Of a stretch of DNA of 64,000 nucleotides, positions 46,331 to 59,291 are shown one piece after another; the stretch's first letter is position 1; each line of letters starts with the position of its first letter. The notes under the pieces were generated by a model. It made no database searches and was not told where the DNA came from. It saw only the letters and a list, made by a program, of their open reading frames with translations. The translations under genes were made by a program, and so were the position numbers. Origin of the DNA: Amphiscolops sp. MND2022 (lineage: Eukaryota); NCBI GenBank assembly GCA_964187785.1, contig OZ076412.1, forward strand, positions 37,014,001-37,078,000, given 5' to 3'.

Positions 46331-49300
46331 ACCACTGTATCAATTCTATGTTTTCTTGTAATTTCTTTCTCGAAAAATTTTGAGCCATTGTTTTGGTGTC
46401 AAAATTTTTCCTCGTCCGATGTGGACTTCAAAATCAGTACTTTAATTTGTTTCGCTTCTGGTCTCATCTTTTTTGTTCTGACAAAAACTGTATCAATATG
46501 TATTAAGGATTGCTGAGTGCGCAATTTTCGATAGGTTGCTTTCAGAAAAAGAAAAAAATACTTTGTTAAGAATTTCTCTTCAGTATTTTGCCGACCAAAG
46601 TATATAGTACCAAAATTCAGTATCAAATGAATTAGCAGCCCACTGAGATTATAAATACTATGTTTACCAACATAAAATAGGTCACAAAACATAATTGTCA
46701 TTTGATAATAAAGTGGTGTTGGCTGACAAATTTTTCGAATGAATCGGTTCCGTATGTCAAAAAAGATTTGATGGTTGCTATTTTCCGCCCACATATAATG
46801 GAGGAGGAAAATCATAATCTGTGTTGCGTTTTGTTCCACAAAATCCGCCAAACTTCCACTTACTCAATTCACTAAAGTCTAGTCACCATGGCGCATTTGG
46901 TAGTGCGTCTTCCTGGCAAACAAGAGGTCGTGGGTTGGAACACGTGGTGATGCGTTTATTTTTAGCGAATAGATCTCGGTGCTTAGCTAGCGTGTTGTTT
47001 TTTTGTACTGTGACTTTTTTGGAAGTATTAATAACGGGCTTTTTGATACCTTTGAATGAGGGAAGTCGTATTCAAGTCTTCAGATCTTTTTGGCAATGTG
47101 CGACGTTTGTCTCGAAAATTTTCTTTTTTCCAAAAAAGTCCCCCGTGGTTCGTGCTACATGTACATTATAGAGCCTTTTCAAAACCAAGGTTTCAAACCA
47201 AACATTTCGATTGTCGGATATTTCCCGTGGGAATAAAAAATTCTTTGAAGCAAAATTTGTTTTGCTCCTGATTTGAAGCACTTTTTGAATAAGATTCGTT
47301 TAACAAAAACTCGAATATTTTATCAAATACATATAATACAATGCTAAAGTTTTAGTAGGCGAACACTGTGGAAGCCCAGCTGAGATTGCTGAAACTTTTT
47401 ACTTGATGCAGGCCTGCATGCAGTGTAATTTCTAATAAAAACAGAAAATTCAGTAAAGTTCTTGTAGTGAATCTTGTAGAATTAGACTGCATTTTCCACA
47501 ATTAAAATCAAATTTGAAAATGTTTGCCCTTTATTCACGGACACAATAACATTGTGTTTAAAAATTGATTTCTCATCTACTCATCTGATTTAATAACGTC
47601 TTCTCAAATTGGACGCTGAAGTTGGCGCCAGTTTGATGTTTACTTTGTGAGTAAGTTGATTTGCAAAATTGGCGGCAAAATAGTTGACGTCTCAGCGGCA
47701 TTTGAAATTAGGACCAATTCATAATGAAATTTGCAGAACTTCATGGCTTGAAATCGCCGCCAAATCTTTGATGTTTCTTTCCAGCAGCTTGATAAAAGCT
47801 TGATTGCAACAGATTTTACCGCAGGTAAAGTAACCCTAAGACTTTTAAAAAATCTTTATAAAACTTGCTGGAAACTCTGAAAAGCATGTAAAAAGTTCAA
47901 GCATGTTCAGCAAGGTAGATAATCTGTGCCTTTTTGCGGCGTTTAATCGATGCGGTTTCAACTTCTTTGCAATTTTTGTTCACCTCCTGGTTACTTTCGA
48001 CTGTTTTACTCCAATTTGATTGGTCAAATTTTGTCTTGGTCGCTTCATTTTTTCCGACGCGTTATCTAATTGGTCAACGAATAGTGGTCCGTATCTGATA
48101 TTTACTTCAGCTTCTTCTGAACAGATGTTAAATACTTATTGTTCGTTGTATACATTTTCGACCGCAGCTTTTTCTACAAGTTTTCTACTCAGTAAGTCGG
48201 TGAATTTTTATTACTTCCTGCGATGTGTTGGATGGCCTTGTGAAAGTATTCAAGCCAATCTAGCCATCTAGTTAACCTTGCGCTACATTGTCTGTTGCAT
48301 GGGTTCCTTTTAACATTGATTGAAGTGCCTGGTGGTCTTTGAAAAGAAAGACTTTTTGTCCGTATAAGAAAAACCGGATCTTTCCTAAGCCCCATTTAAC
48401 TGCCAATATATCCAATTTTCCGATTCAGTAGTCTTCCGCTTTCATTCAGATATCTGCCACCGAATGCTATCGGTTCTATTTCTCCGCCAGATTGTTTTTG
48501 TCATTATAATTTTCTGAGTCGGGTTGCTTGCGTCGGGTGTTATAATGTTTCTCTGTCATTAGCATAGTGAGTTAAGCATGGTTCTCCAGTCAACTGTTTT
48601 CAATGTTCCAAATTTCTTCTCGTTCACCCCGTCCACATTCCACTTCGAGTTATCTTTAGATTTTGTCGTAGTCCTTCAGTTCTTTTCGATAAACTCGGTA
48701 TTTATTATCCGAGGATTTGTATTCTACCCAGCAATGATGTTCAATTCATTTTGGTTCTCTGAGTGTTGCTAATCCAGGATGGCTTTTACTTTTTCGGTTT
48801 AATTCCTTGTTCATCAATGTCGTGTCCCAGCTATTTTGTTTTAATCAGAAAATCATCGGATATTGTTCCGCTTGCTCGGAATTCGGCGTCCGCAACATTT
48901 TCCAGTACGTCGAAAAATTGCTGCTCATGTTCTGCTCGGTCTTCTTTGGTTACGACTACTGTAACATCCAACCAAGCTGGTGTAGAGTATTCCATTGTTC
49001 AACTTACCGGTTTTCCTTAGTTCATCTCTTTTTCTACTGACTGCTCCTTGGAGGTGTAGTGGAGTTGGTCTTGATTTTGTTTATCACTTATTGTAGTATT
49101 GTTCTTGATAAATCCGGAAACTTCTCAATCAATCGTCTCTTTCCTGATTGGTTGTTCTCGTGCAATTGGATGTTTCTGATTGTTAAGTTTCGTTTCGTCA
49201 GCCAGTTTATTACGAGTAACGGCGTTATGTAATTTCTTCCGGTGATTAGTACCCGCAACGTTTGTTTGTTGTTTTCGTTGTGGATGTCTGCTGTTATCGT

Positions 49301-51441
49301 TCCTCGGAATTACACTTCATTTCAAATTTTACCTTGATTTTGAAAATTCCTTTTCTGTATCTTGGTTTTTAGCGTACTTTTGACCCCGGCATCAAAGCTC
49401 CCGGTATAGAACTTTTTTTCGTATTTATTTTGTTGAATCATTTCGAATGTTTTCCTTAGTTCGAATATCTTTTCTTTCATCAGTTTGTCTCGGAGTTTCG
49501 TATCCGTAATTGCAGGCATGAAACTCGAGATGAGTAGTTTTCGGCTGACACTCCTTCCAATGAGCATTCTTTATCAATTTCCAATATTCTACATTAGAAG
49601 TCTTCTGGTGATTCGGTTTCTCTCTGAGGAGTCCAAAAAGTCTCCTTGGTTGTGGTTTGCGGTCCTTTACTGGTACGAAGTATTCGTCGATCAATCGGAT
49701 GTAATCCTTTACTGCTAATTTAAACGGGCTCTGTTTTATCACCGTGCGTCTCATCTGGTATAATGATTTTGGGCCGCTACCCCATATGAAATCTTTTCGC
49801 TTTCTTTGTTGGTCCAACCGTTTTGTGTAATTTCAACCACTGTATCAATTCTATGTTTTCTTGTAATTTCTTTCTCGAAAAATTTTGAGCCATTGTTTTG
49901 GTGTCAAAATTTTTCCTCGTCCGATGTGGACTTCAAAATCAGTACTTTAATTTGTTTCGCTTCTGGTCTCATCTTTTTTGTTCTGACAAAAACTGTATCA
50001 ATATGTATTAAGGATTGCTGAGTGCGCAATTTTCGATAGGTTGCTTTCAGAAAAAGAAAAAAATACTTTGTTAAGAATTTCTCTTCAGTATTTTGCCGAC
50101 CAAAGTATATAGTACCAAAATTCAGTATCAAATGAATTAGCAGCCCACTGAGATTATAAATACTATGTTTACCAACATAAAATAGGTCACAAAACATAAT
50201 TGTCATTTGATAATAAAGTGGTGTTGGCTGACAAATTTTTCGAATGAATCGGTTCCGTATGTCAAAAAAGATTTGATGGTTGCTATTTTCCGCCCACATA
50301 TAATGGAGGAGGAAAATCATAATCTGTGTTGCGTTTTGTTCCACAAAATCTGCCAAACTTCCACTTACTCAATTCACTAAATTCTAGTCACCATGGCGCA
50401 TTTGGTAGTGCGTCTGCCTGGCAGACAAGAGGTCGTGGGTTGGAACACGTGGTTATGCGTTTATTTTTAGCGAATAGATCTCGGTGCTTAGCGTGCGTGT
50501 TGTTTTTTTTGTACTGTGACTTTTTTTCGGAAGTATTAATAACGGGCTTTTTGATACCTTTGAATGAGGGAATTCGTTTTCAAGTCTTCAGATCTTTTTG
50601 GCAATGTGCGGCGCTTGTCTCGAAAATTTTCTTTTTTCCAAAAAAGTCCCCCGTGGTTCGTGCTACATGTACTTTTTAGAGCCTTTTCAATACCAAGGTT
50701 TCAAACCAAACATTTCGATTGTCGGATATTTCCCGTGAGAATAAAAAATTCGTTGAAGCAAAATTTGTTTTGCTTCTGATTTGAAGCACTTTTTGAATAA
50801 GATTCGTTTAACAAAAACTCGAATATTTTATCGAATACATATAATACAATGCTAAGGTTTTAGTAGGCGAACACTGCGGAAGCCCAGCTGAGATTGCTGA
50901 AACTTTTTACTTGCTGCAGGCCTGCATGCAGTGTAATTTCTTATAAAACCAGAAAATTCAGTAAAGTTCTTGTAGTGAATCTTGTAGAATTAGACTGCAT
51001 TTTCCACAATTAAAATCAAATTTGAAAATGTTTGCCCTTTATTCACGGACACAGTAACATTGTATTTGAAAAATGATTTCTCATCTTCTCATCTGATTTA
51101 ATAACGTCTTCTCAAATTGGACGCTGAAGATGGCGCCAGTTTGATGTTTACTTTGTGAATAAGTTGATTTGCAAAATTGGCGGCAAAATAGTTGACGTCT
51201 CAGCGGCATTTGAAATTATGACCAATGCATAATGACATTTGCAGAACTTCATGGCTTGAAATCGCCGCCAAATCTTTGATGTTTCTTTCCAGCAGCTTGA
51301 TAAAAGTTGATGGCAACAGATTTTACCGCAGTAAAGTAACCCTAAGACTCTTAAAAAATCTTTATAAAACTTGCTGGAAACTCTGAAAAGCATGTAAAAA
51401 GTTCAAGCATGTTCAGCAAGGCAGATAATCTGTGCCTTTTG
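44429..51441. repeat. Tandem duplication of a ~3.5-kb unit (44429-47935, 47936-51441)
   Basis: ORF-track pairs recur at an offset of 3505-3507 (44513/48020, 45920/49425, 46399/49904); only a few percent divergence by eye. Confidence 0.95.
46882..46951 (+). repeat. tRNA-derived SINE head or tRNA pseudogene (second copy 50387-50456)
   Basis: GTCACCA/TGGTGAT acceptor-like stem, GCGC-ATTTGGTA-GTGC D-arm with A-box, degenerate B-box GGTTGGAAC, loop CTGGCAA; anticodon and T stems broken. Confidence 0.5.
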
Positions 51442-51899
51442 AGTATAAAAACTGAAGTTCAAAAAGTTTGGAAACAAACGCGGCTGAGAAATTAATTCTT
51501 TAAAATGTCCCATGTGGTATATGAGCGGATCCTGTGATGTGATGTGAGTTGATCATCCTACATGGAGATATTCCGGTTTGATTTTTCCACTCATTCGATA
51601 TCAGGTTCAGAGACTATTGCATATTTGAAAGGCCCATGGAGTCTGTTAGCGCAATGTACACGATTATTTGCAAAATACTACATCTATACCATATTTAATT
51701 ATTACTATTATTGTTTTTTTTCATTCTATTTTACTCCACTTCTATTTTACTTGGGACTATTCGCAGTTTTGTTATATCAATGTTCTGTTTATCAACGAGA
51801 AAATGGATTGGCCGAGACGGAGTTGACGCATTATCAAGCGTAAACCCTTAACTATATCTACTTGAAATGGAGTTATTTGACCATAACAATTTGTGAACA

Positions 51900-54400
51900 T
51901 CTTCACGCCTACCCTTGAGGTGGATAACTATGATTTGTAAACAATCGTGCATGACGGTGTAGCGGCAAGCCGAAAAGTTCCATTCATGAAACTTTTGGAC
52001 GTATCGGGGCAAATCACTGGAGAATCTGCCGCTGAAACTGACTTGCCGGGAAATCGCTCTATCCGATCATTTCGCGAAACTACTAAAGAGATCCATTCTA
52101 ACTTCATTTCCTATGGAGAAAATTTGCCCCAAATTCATGATTGCAAAAAAAATAATACTAGATAAATTCAACAAAGAAAAACTGTTGTTTGAAACAGAAG
52201 ACTCCGATGTACACTCATCTACTGACTCAGTTATCTACGAATTCATCGACGAGGACACACTCTCCGGTGACAGGCAATCTGATTAGATTACTGATACGGA
52301 AGAACCGGTGAGAAGAGTGGAGACGCAATTTGTGTCGAGCTAACTGTTGATCCGAGGCAGAGTAATTACACTAGCCAACGACGTGGACGCGTCATCCATG
52401 CCCGGCCCCAGTTTTAGTAGATTAATCGGAACGTGACCCTATAACTCAGCTGGGAGTGCTTCGACAAAACGTGTGCTATGCGCTGTCTGAGTGGGGTCCA
52501 AAACCCAACAATGGGCAGAGAGTAGAGCTGTGCAGAACCATGATTCCAGTACCAGACACTCCCATGTTGCCCACTCCTCACGAGAGAGGCCCAGTATTGG
52601 AAACGCCGGTCACTCAGACTGTATAACGAACATGGAATCGCGTTCCTGATTCAAGGCTCGAAACCGTACGACGACGTGAGCGCTGGGAGGTACACTGGGT
52701 GCCTAGTATTCGGTAAATCGATTGAAATAACTAAATCAGAATATGTAGGAGAAATCATTAGACAATCTATACCGAGCGGAGCGGAGCGGCCCACGCGAAG
52801 ATGTCTTGAACCTTAGAAGGGAGGCGTACTTAGCAGGACTAAACACGGGTTCATTCTTGTTCATACCACCCGCAGTGTCTCAGGCTGCCGCCGGTGATGG
52901 CATAAAATACCCAACCTGTACTGGAAAACGAGGAGTTATCCCAGGAGCGCTGCAATCGAACAAGAGCGAGCTGTAAAGTTATACGCAAACAAATTCAAAG
53001 GCGCGAAAGCGCTTTTACGGCGATCATTTTATATGCTACTCTTGTGCTGTACTATACTTTTCAAGTTAAGGCTAGTTGACCAAATGTCGCTTGTGCTTAT
53101 TTGAAAGCTAGGCAAATGAGCGGTTCCCGCGGAATAGGCATTGTTAGTTGGTTGTTGTTAGCAGGTTAAATATGTTGTATTTGTAAGTAATATGTAGTCA
53201 GATGTTGGGCTATTACTCTGAAGTTGCTAAATACCTTACTTTTTGCTAGAGTAGCTTAGGTTGTCATGTTTACATGCATTACCCGGACTAGGTTAAAATA
53301 CAGGGTTGAAAAGGTGCTATAGATTATCACCTGTTAGAACGCCTAGGAAGGTTTTCTCACACCTTTTTACAAATACCTGATACTTAGTGACATTCCTTTG
53401 CAAGGTACGTGTGTACCACGTGCCTAAGCATGTTGTTTGCATCTTTAAGATGACCAATAATCTTCGGCGCTTTGATTTTTGCTAAAGTATGAATGATGAT
53501 TGTAGTCAGGTGCTGTTTTTAGCTCTCATATCCACTTGATCAGCTGTTTTTAATATCTTCGAACTGTAAATTATGAATGTCATTCTGATGGAAGTATACA
53601 TACCTTAACTGCTTCTCGAAGCAAACAAGATAAGTAACTTCAAGAAGGTATACTCGCTTATGAAACTGAACTTTTCTGATTCAATTAAAGTGTTTCCAAT
53701 TGGGCTTTTTATGCCTGTGACTAGGAAGCAAAAGAGTAAAGCAATGCGGTCCAGAGGAGCGGACATTGTCTGACTTGGAAAAAATTACTTTGATAGTCGG
53801 TAGTTTGCCCTTTGAAAGAGAGGAAAGTGATTGTAATGATCTAACTCGTAGACCTGATAGCCAAAGTTGTGAAAATTCAGCTGAACGCAATTCCTATAGC
53901 AACTCAAACTCTAGAGAAAATGAGATTAAGGGACTTGCTGGAAATGGACACTCAACTAGCGAAATTGGTTCAAATAACAGTTTCAATCGCCTAACTGGGG
54001 AAATCTATCAGAGATTAACACAGGAAATGAACGGATTGATGGATAGCTTTAACTTAGAGATCCAAAGGGCAATGAATGTGGCCATCAACGAGTAAGTTTT
54101 TTCTTCAATACAAGCTTCCTTCAGGGCTTTGAATGAACAAACAACTGAACGTGAGGGAAACGCCCGGCGTGAGAGATCGGAACGAATATCCAAAAATGCC
54201 TTCAGGCACAACATCAGGTTTAGCAATAGAGATGAGCGCCTCTTTGATCCAAATTTTAGTGAAGATCATGAGGATTCACATTACTGAGGACACACATGAG
54301 GACACTTTTCAGTTGAAAAACTCTTTTCGATAAGTAAAGGTTATGTCGGAAGGTATTACAACTGTCCCAAATTGGAGACGACACGAAATTTTTCTGAAAA
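51900..54400 (+). mobile_element. 3' part/LTR relic of another Gypsy family
   Basis: Decayed coding-like sequence followed by a Gag-leader-type frame (MPVTRKQKSKAMRS..SDLEKITLIVGS..RLTQEMNGLMDS) comparable to the LTR-encoded leaders at about 950 and 28560. Confidence 0.4.
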
Positions 54401-55749
54401 GAATAAGTTATACAGTTAAAAGCAGCTTACATGTCTTATCAGATGATCATGGAAAGCGTTCTGTGGCTTCGAACACTGAGTTAACAAGGAGTGTTTTGGG
54501 AAAGTATCATTATGTTTAAAGGTGTGGAGTATTATTTTAAGAATATGTGAACCATATTAACAACCGTGTTGAACAATTTCATGTAAAAGATGACACCTAC
54601 CTACTGTACTTTACCTAGTTACCTAGTTACCTTCTGTAGTTATATGTTCTCTGTGCTTGATTCTCAGCGCTTCATCTGACGTGGATATTTATGTAATTAT
54701 TTCCACAAACTTTTCATTTTTCAAAAACAAGTTACAAATTGCCCAGAATCAATCGTTAAGAGGCAGAAACGTGAGGTCATCCTCCCCAGGAAATTGTTCA
54801 ACTTAAGCATCAAGATAATTTCTAAAACAGCCCCCTTCCTTTATGTTCTCTATGTGGTCTTGTTTGAAATTGATACAACATTTACACTAAAGCTTGCAGA
54901 TTAGGTCATCTTTTCGAGATACTTGTTCGAAAAACGGACGTCATGACGTCACTGCAGTTTTCAGTTTTTGCGTTTTTCAAATTTTCTTTTTCTTCAGGAA
55001 ATTCGGAGTTAAAAATCGAAATGGTAAGAGCGGGAATGAGATTGTTCACAGTCAAAGAGGCGTCTCGTTCTTTTTGTTTGCTAATTGCTTTTTTAAGTCG
55101 TCCGTGGCTATGGATTCATCTTCATTTAAAAAGCTTCATAAAACAGAACCAAGCAATCAATTTGTGGCAATTACTGGAATTGTATTCCACCTGGCTTTTC
55201 ATTTCACCGTTCCTGAACCTCGCTTCTCAAAAACACCTGAAATCAAATTTAATGTTCTAACTAGGTTATTTTTGATTTCATTGTCCTTTTTCTTATAAAT
55301 TAGGACGATGCCACGTGAACAAATTTGATGACCAGTTTGTTAAATGTTCATGATTCTGAACTACCACAAAGAAAAAATGCAGTGTAGAAAAGATTGGAAA
55401 CTTTGCATTGCATCAAGTTTGAGAGAGAATTATTGTTTAGAAAGATGAATAGAGAAGTAACTGAGAAGCTGATAGGAAACTGGCACCATTGTCATTTTTC
55501 TCGACATTAATATTCGCAAAGACAGCAAACTTTAGGCTATAGCATTTCGTTGAGTAACGACGTTATTCCAAGAAGTCACGTCTTTCATATCAATATATTT
55601 TCCAAAAAATCGAAGTAACATTTCATATGGATGGAACGATCTGGGTACGTTCAAATAATCAAGTTCTGTGAGAAATAGATAATGTTGTAAATTATTCACT
55701 ATTTAAGTTCTGTAAAAATAGATAATGTTGTAATATATTTACTGTTTAG

Positions 55750-56070
55750 GTTACGGCGACAGTGTGCCTAAGACTTGGAGTGGAAGAATCATTGGGGCAC
55801 TGTGTGCTATCAGTGGTGTGCTTACCATCTCACTCCCAGTTCCGGTGATCGTGAACAACTTCACCCTGTACTACAACCACGCCCAGGCGCGACTCAAGCT
55901 GCCAAAGAAGAAGAGGGCAGCCAAACTGGCAGCTGCAGCCCCCGCCTTCAAAAGTCTCCAGCAGCTGACTATGGTACCCCTCTTTCTGGACGGAGGGGTG
56001 GCACAGTTCAACAGGACTGACGCTTGCGGCGATACAGGCAACCAACAGAATGACGATGCTCATAGCAATT
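55750..56070 (+). CDS. KCNC: Kv3/Shaw exon: selectivity filter YGD, S6 and proximal C-terminus
   Basis: TTTAG acceptor in phase 1 completes TMTTIG-YGD; [50 protein letters not shown] is typical of Shaw/Kv3; T|GTAAGT donor. Confidence 0.95.
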
Positions 56071-58657
56071 GTAAGTTTGCTCCTCGAATTCAAAAAATAT
56101 TCAGCTTGAATAGTTGATTTGTGCTTGAATAGGTGTTTTGTTACAAGCTAAGCAATGATCTTTTTTATAAAAGTTTACTAACTTATTCAACCTTCTGGTC
56201 TTTCTGAAAAATTGCTAAATATTTAAAACTTAGGTGAAGTTGTTTTCAACCTTCTCAAAATAAAACAATTTTTTGGAACTTCTCAAATGAACATAAAGCT
56301 TTTATAAAAAACAACTCAATAACTTAATGGGAAGAATGGCTAAGAACTTTACGTTAACGACATTATTGCTTGCTTCACTGGGTGTTCAAAAACAACTTAC
56401 ATCGAAACAGTGGCAAGAACTCTGATTTTGTTTTCTGTTCTGTCACAATGAAAGGGATTCAAAACGGGCCACCCGATTAAATGGATAATGGGACAAATAT
56501 GACAGCTTATGGGAGACTTTTAAGAGGTCACGATATCAAAGAAATTTGTGACCATATGGGTTGAATAATTCTTCATCATTTATGACATGAAGCGTACTTT
56601 GGTTGAAAGGCAAGAAATACGGCGTCGTTTTTGAGGTGTGAGATTACACAGAGCATGGTAAATTAACATTTTGAAGTGTATAATTGGATGTCAAGATGTT
56701 CATTATTTTTGTGGAACTAGTGCCCACCAAGAATGCACTGAAAGCCTCATTGGTCCCTTTATGATGCCGCGGCTACTGCAAATATAGTCCAATTACTATG
56801 ATCGGCCGGTACAGTACCCGAAAAAAATTCATGTACATAGCAGAGTATCAAATGCAACCTCACTCTATAGCACCCCCTATTTCTGTTCTCAACACAAGAT
56901 TTACCAAAACGGACGCTGAAATTTCGTTAAGATAAATTATGTATGAGCAAAGAGAAAGAAATGAAGAATATATATAATAAATGTATCTATTCGTCAGTCA
57001 ACTGACCGGATAAAAACGAAAATGGAATAGCAAATCGACGAAGTTTTAAAACTAAAGTGAATACTTTTTCAATTGAATTGAAGCATTTCAAATGAATGCA
57101 TTTTAAAAAGTTATCGATCGTTTTTTTTGTGCGTACGAAAACGATGTGTATGTTTTTAAGGTGGTTCTCACAATGCGCACAAAGTCAAACGTGAAGAAGA
57201 AACAGGTGCTAGTTATTCGTGGTTGCCTCAATTGATCGCTGTCTTCCAAAATCAAATCAATTAATTTGATTATTTCGAGCAATTCAAAGCTTAGGCTGCT
57301 CAAACAACTTTCAGTGCCGCCTGCTCAGTAATACTTTGAAGTTTATTGTTCAAACTGATTGAGCATTTCAAATGTCTCTTCTCTTTTTAAGAACTTCACC
57401 TTTTGGGTACAGGACATGCTTTAATAAAATGATGAAACAATCCATGGTTAATTTTCTTTACTGGCAGATTTTTATGAAAAACGGGTTGTTGAAATCATCT
57501 GATCCTTTAAGCATTCAGTGGCAGAAAAAGTTCCAATCGTGCAACGCACCGTAAAAAAACTACCAGTAAAAACAACAATACCCAGTGAAACAAAAAGAAG
57601 AGGAGGAGAGGGAAGAAAAAGGTACGATGTTTCTTCCCTAATACAGCACATGGACAGTTAATGAAAATGATATGGAGTTCTCGGATATTACAGTTTTGAA
57701 AGTTGGAAATTTTGGGCTGATTGTTAAACACTGCAATTTCGATTTTTGGTCAAGGTTTAAAATTTTTGCGAGTGAGTGACAATGGCAAATTAGTTTGTAG
57801 TCAAGTCCCTCCAACGGCATAGTGGACAGTAAGCGAGATATAAAAGCAGTAACGGCAATGCTGATGTTTTAGTCAGCACATTTTTTGAGAAAGGGTGTCG
57901 GACTATTACGTTGACAAGTTCTTTTTTACCTCTTGCAGATTTCAAGCCTGAGTTCTAAGGTGTACTTCACGAGACCAACGCTTTTCATGGCTTTACCGTA
58001 TCGTTGACACCACAGTGCTCAAGGAAAATGCAACAATAGATAAACAGAAAATTTTTATTTACCTAAATCTAAAACATTGACAAAATTTAAACCATGTGAA
58101 GAGGGTAAAAGTTGCGCAAATATAAGAGCTATCGATATAAACAAACTCACCAATCACTAAAATTAGTTATACCTTTTCAGAGGAGGTGATTACAATTGTG
58201 ATTTTTCCAACACCATAAGTATGATATCGATAAGAAAAATGATATCATTTCTTAAATCGGAAGGAGAGTGTTCCGTGTAGCAACCTTCTGCCTTCAGAAC
58301 AGCTTGAAATTGGTTGGGCATACTTGATATAAGGTTTTGGCAGGTCCATTCCGGTATTTGTAACCAACCTTCAAGAGCTCATGAATACTTTTCGAAGGCT
58401 CAGCATACACTGTGTTTCAAGGCATTTCAAAGATGCTCGCTAGAATTTTGAAAAAAGTTACCGGAGCATTTTGAAAAAAGTTACCGGAGCTGGCCGGCGA
58501 AAAAGATTCAACAACACCATGAAATCTTCTGCCTGGGATCAAGTTTCCTGAAACATATATACGGGCACAATATAGCCCCGAAAACAACTGTTCACTCGTA
58601 CCCAGGATCAAAAACAATTAAGAAGATAATGACAGTTCGCAACTAGCCCAAGAAAAA

Positions 58658-59248
58658 ATGAAGAATGTAATACTACAAGACGGAACAAACTCCATCTCAT
58701 TCGAGAAGGGTAAAACAGTAGATGAACTAATCGAAGAACATGCTGAACTAATTGAAATCATTAAGGACAAGTTTGACCCCGAACGAATTCTGGTAATGCA
58801 AGTGCCACCTATACTGAATCAGCCGGAAAAAATCCAACGAATTGAAGCGTACAACACCAAGCTGAACGAATTTTACTGCGAAGACAACAAGGTCATCGTG
58901 ATACTCATCTATGATGAACTCAAGGCACAACCAATCTTTGAAAACTATTACTGGGATGCAATTCATTCTAACAAGTCATTTGGAATACCTTTTTTCGTAA
59001 ACTCAATTAAAAGAAAACTTATTCCTTATTTCACTTTCAAGAAAATTGAGTGGCATACCTCACGTACAGTCTCCTTTAGGAGCATGAGGTATGTTGGGAA
59101 AATTTCTCAAGGAAAATTTAGTAATACCAGAAGAAATAACTATTCATATCAAAAATTTTACAACCAGACCTTTCACACCAGAGTACCCAAGAATTCTTTT
59201 TATGAGCAACAATACTATGCTCCTTTCTATAACCATCACCCGTATTGA
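58658..59248 (+). CDS. LINE ORF1, SGNH/esterase-like domain (probably 5' damaged)
   Basis: VILQDGTNS (block III GxN) and YWDAIH (block V DxxH). Confidence 0.65.
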   Translation: MKNVILQDGTNSISFEKGKTVDELIEEHAELIEIIKDKFDPERILVMQVPPILNQPEKIQRIEAYNTKLNEFYCEDNKVIVILIYDELKAQPIFENYYWDAIHSNKSFGIPFFVNSIKRKLIPYFTFKKIEWHTSRTVSFRSMRYVGKISQGKFSNTRRNNYSYQKFYNQTFHTRVPKNSFYEQQYYAPFYNHHPY

Positions 59249-59291
59249 TGCAGTATTGATATTTTTGTTCCGATGAAGCGCTATATTTTAA

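Noticed and set aside
57370-58020. Possible piggyBac transposase relic (YYVDKFFFTS, resembling VxxDNFFTS)
   Set aside because: Only one short motif, no TIR or TTAA found; too weak to call.
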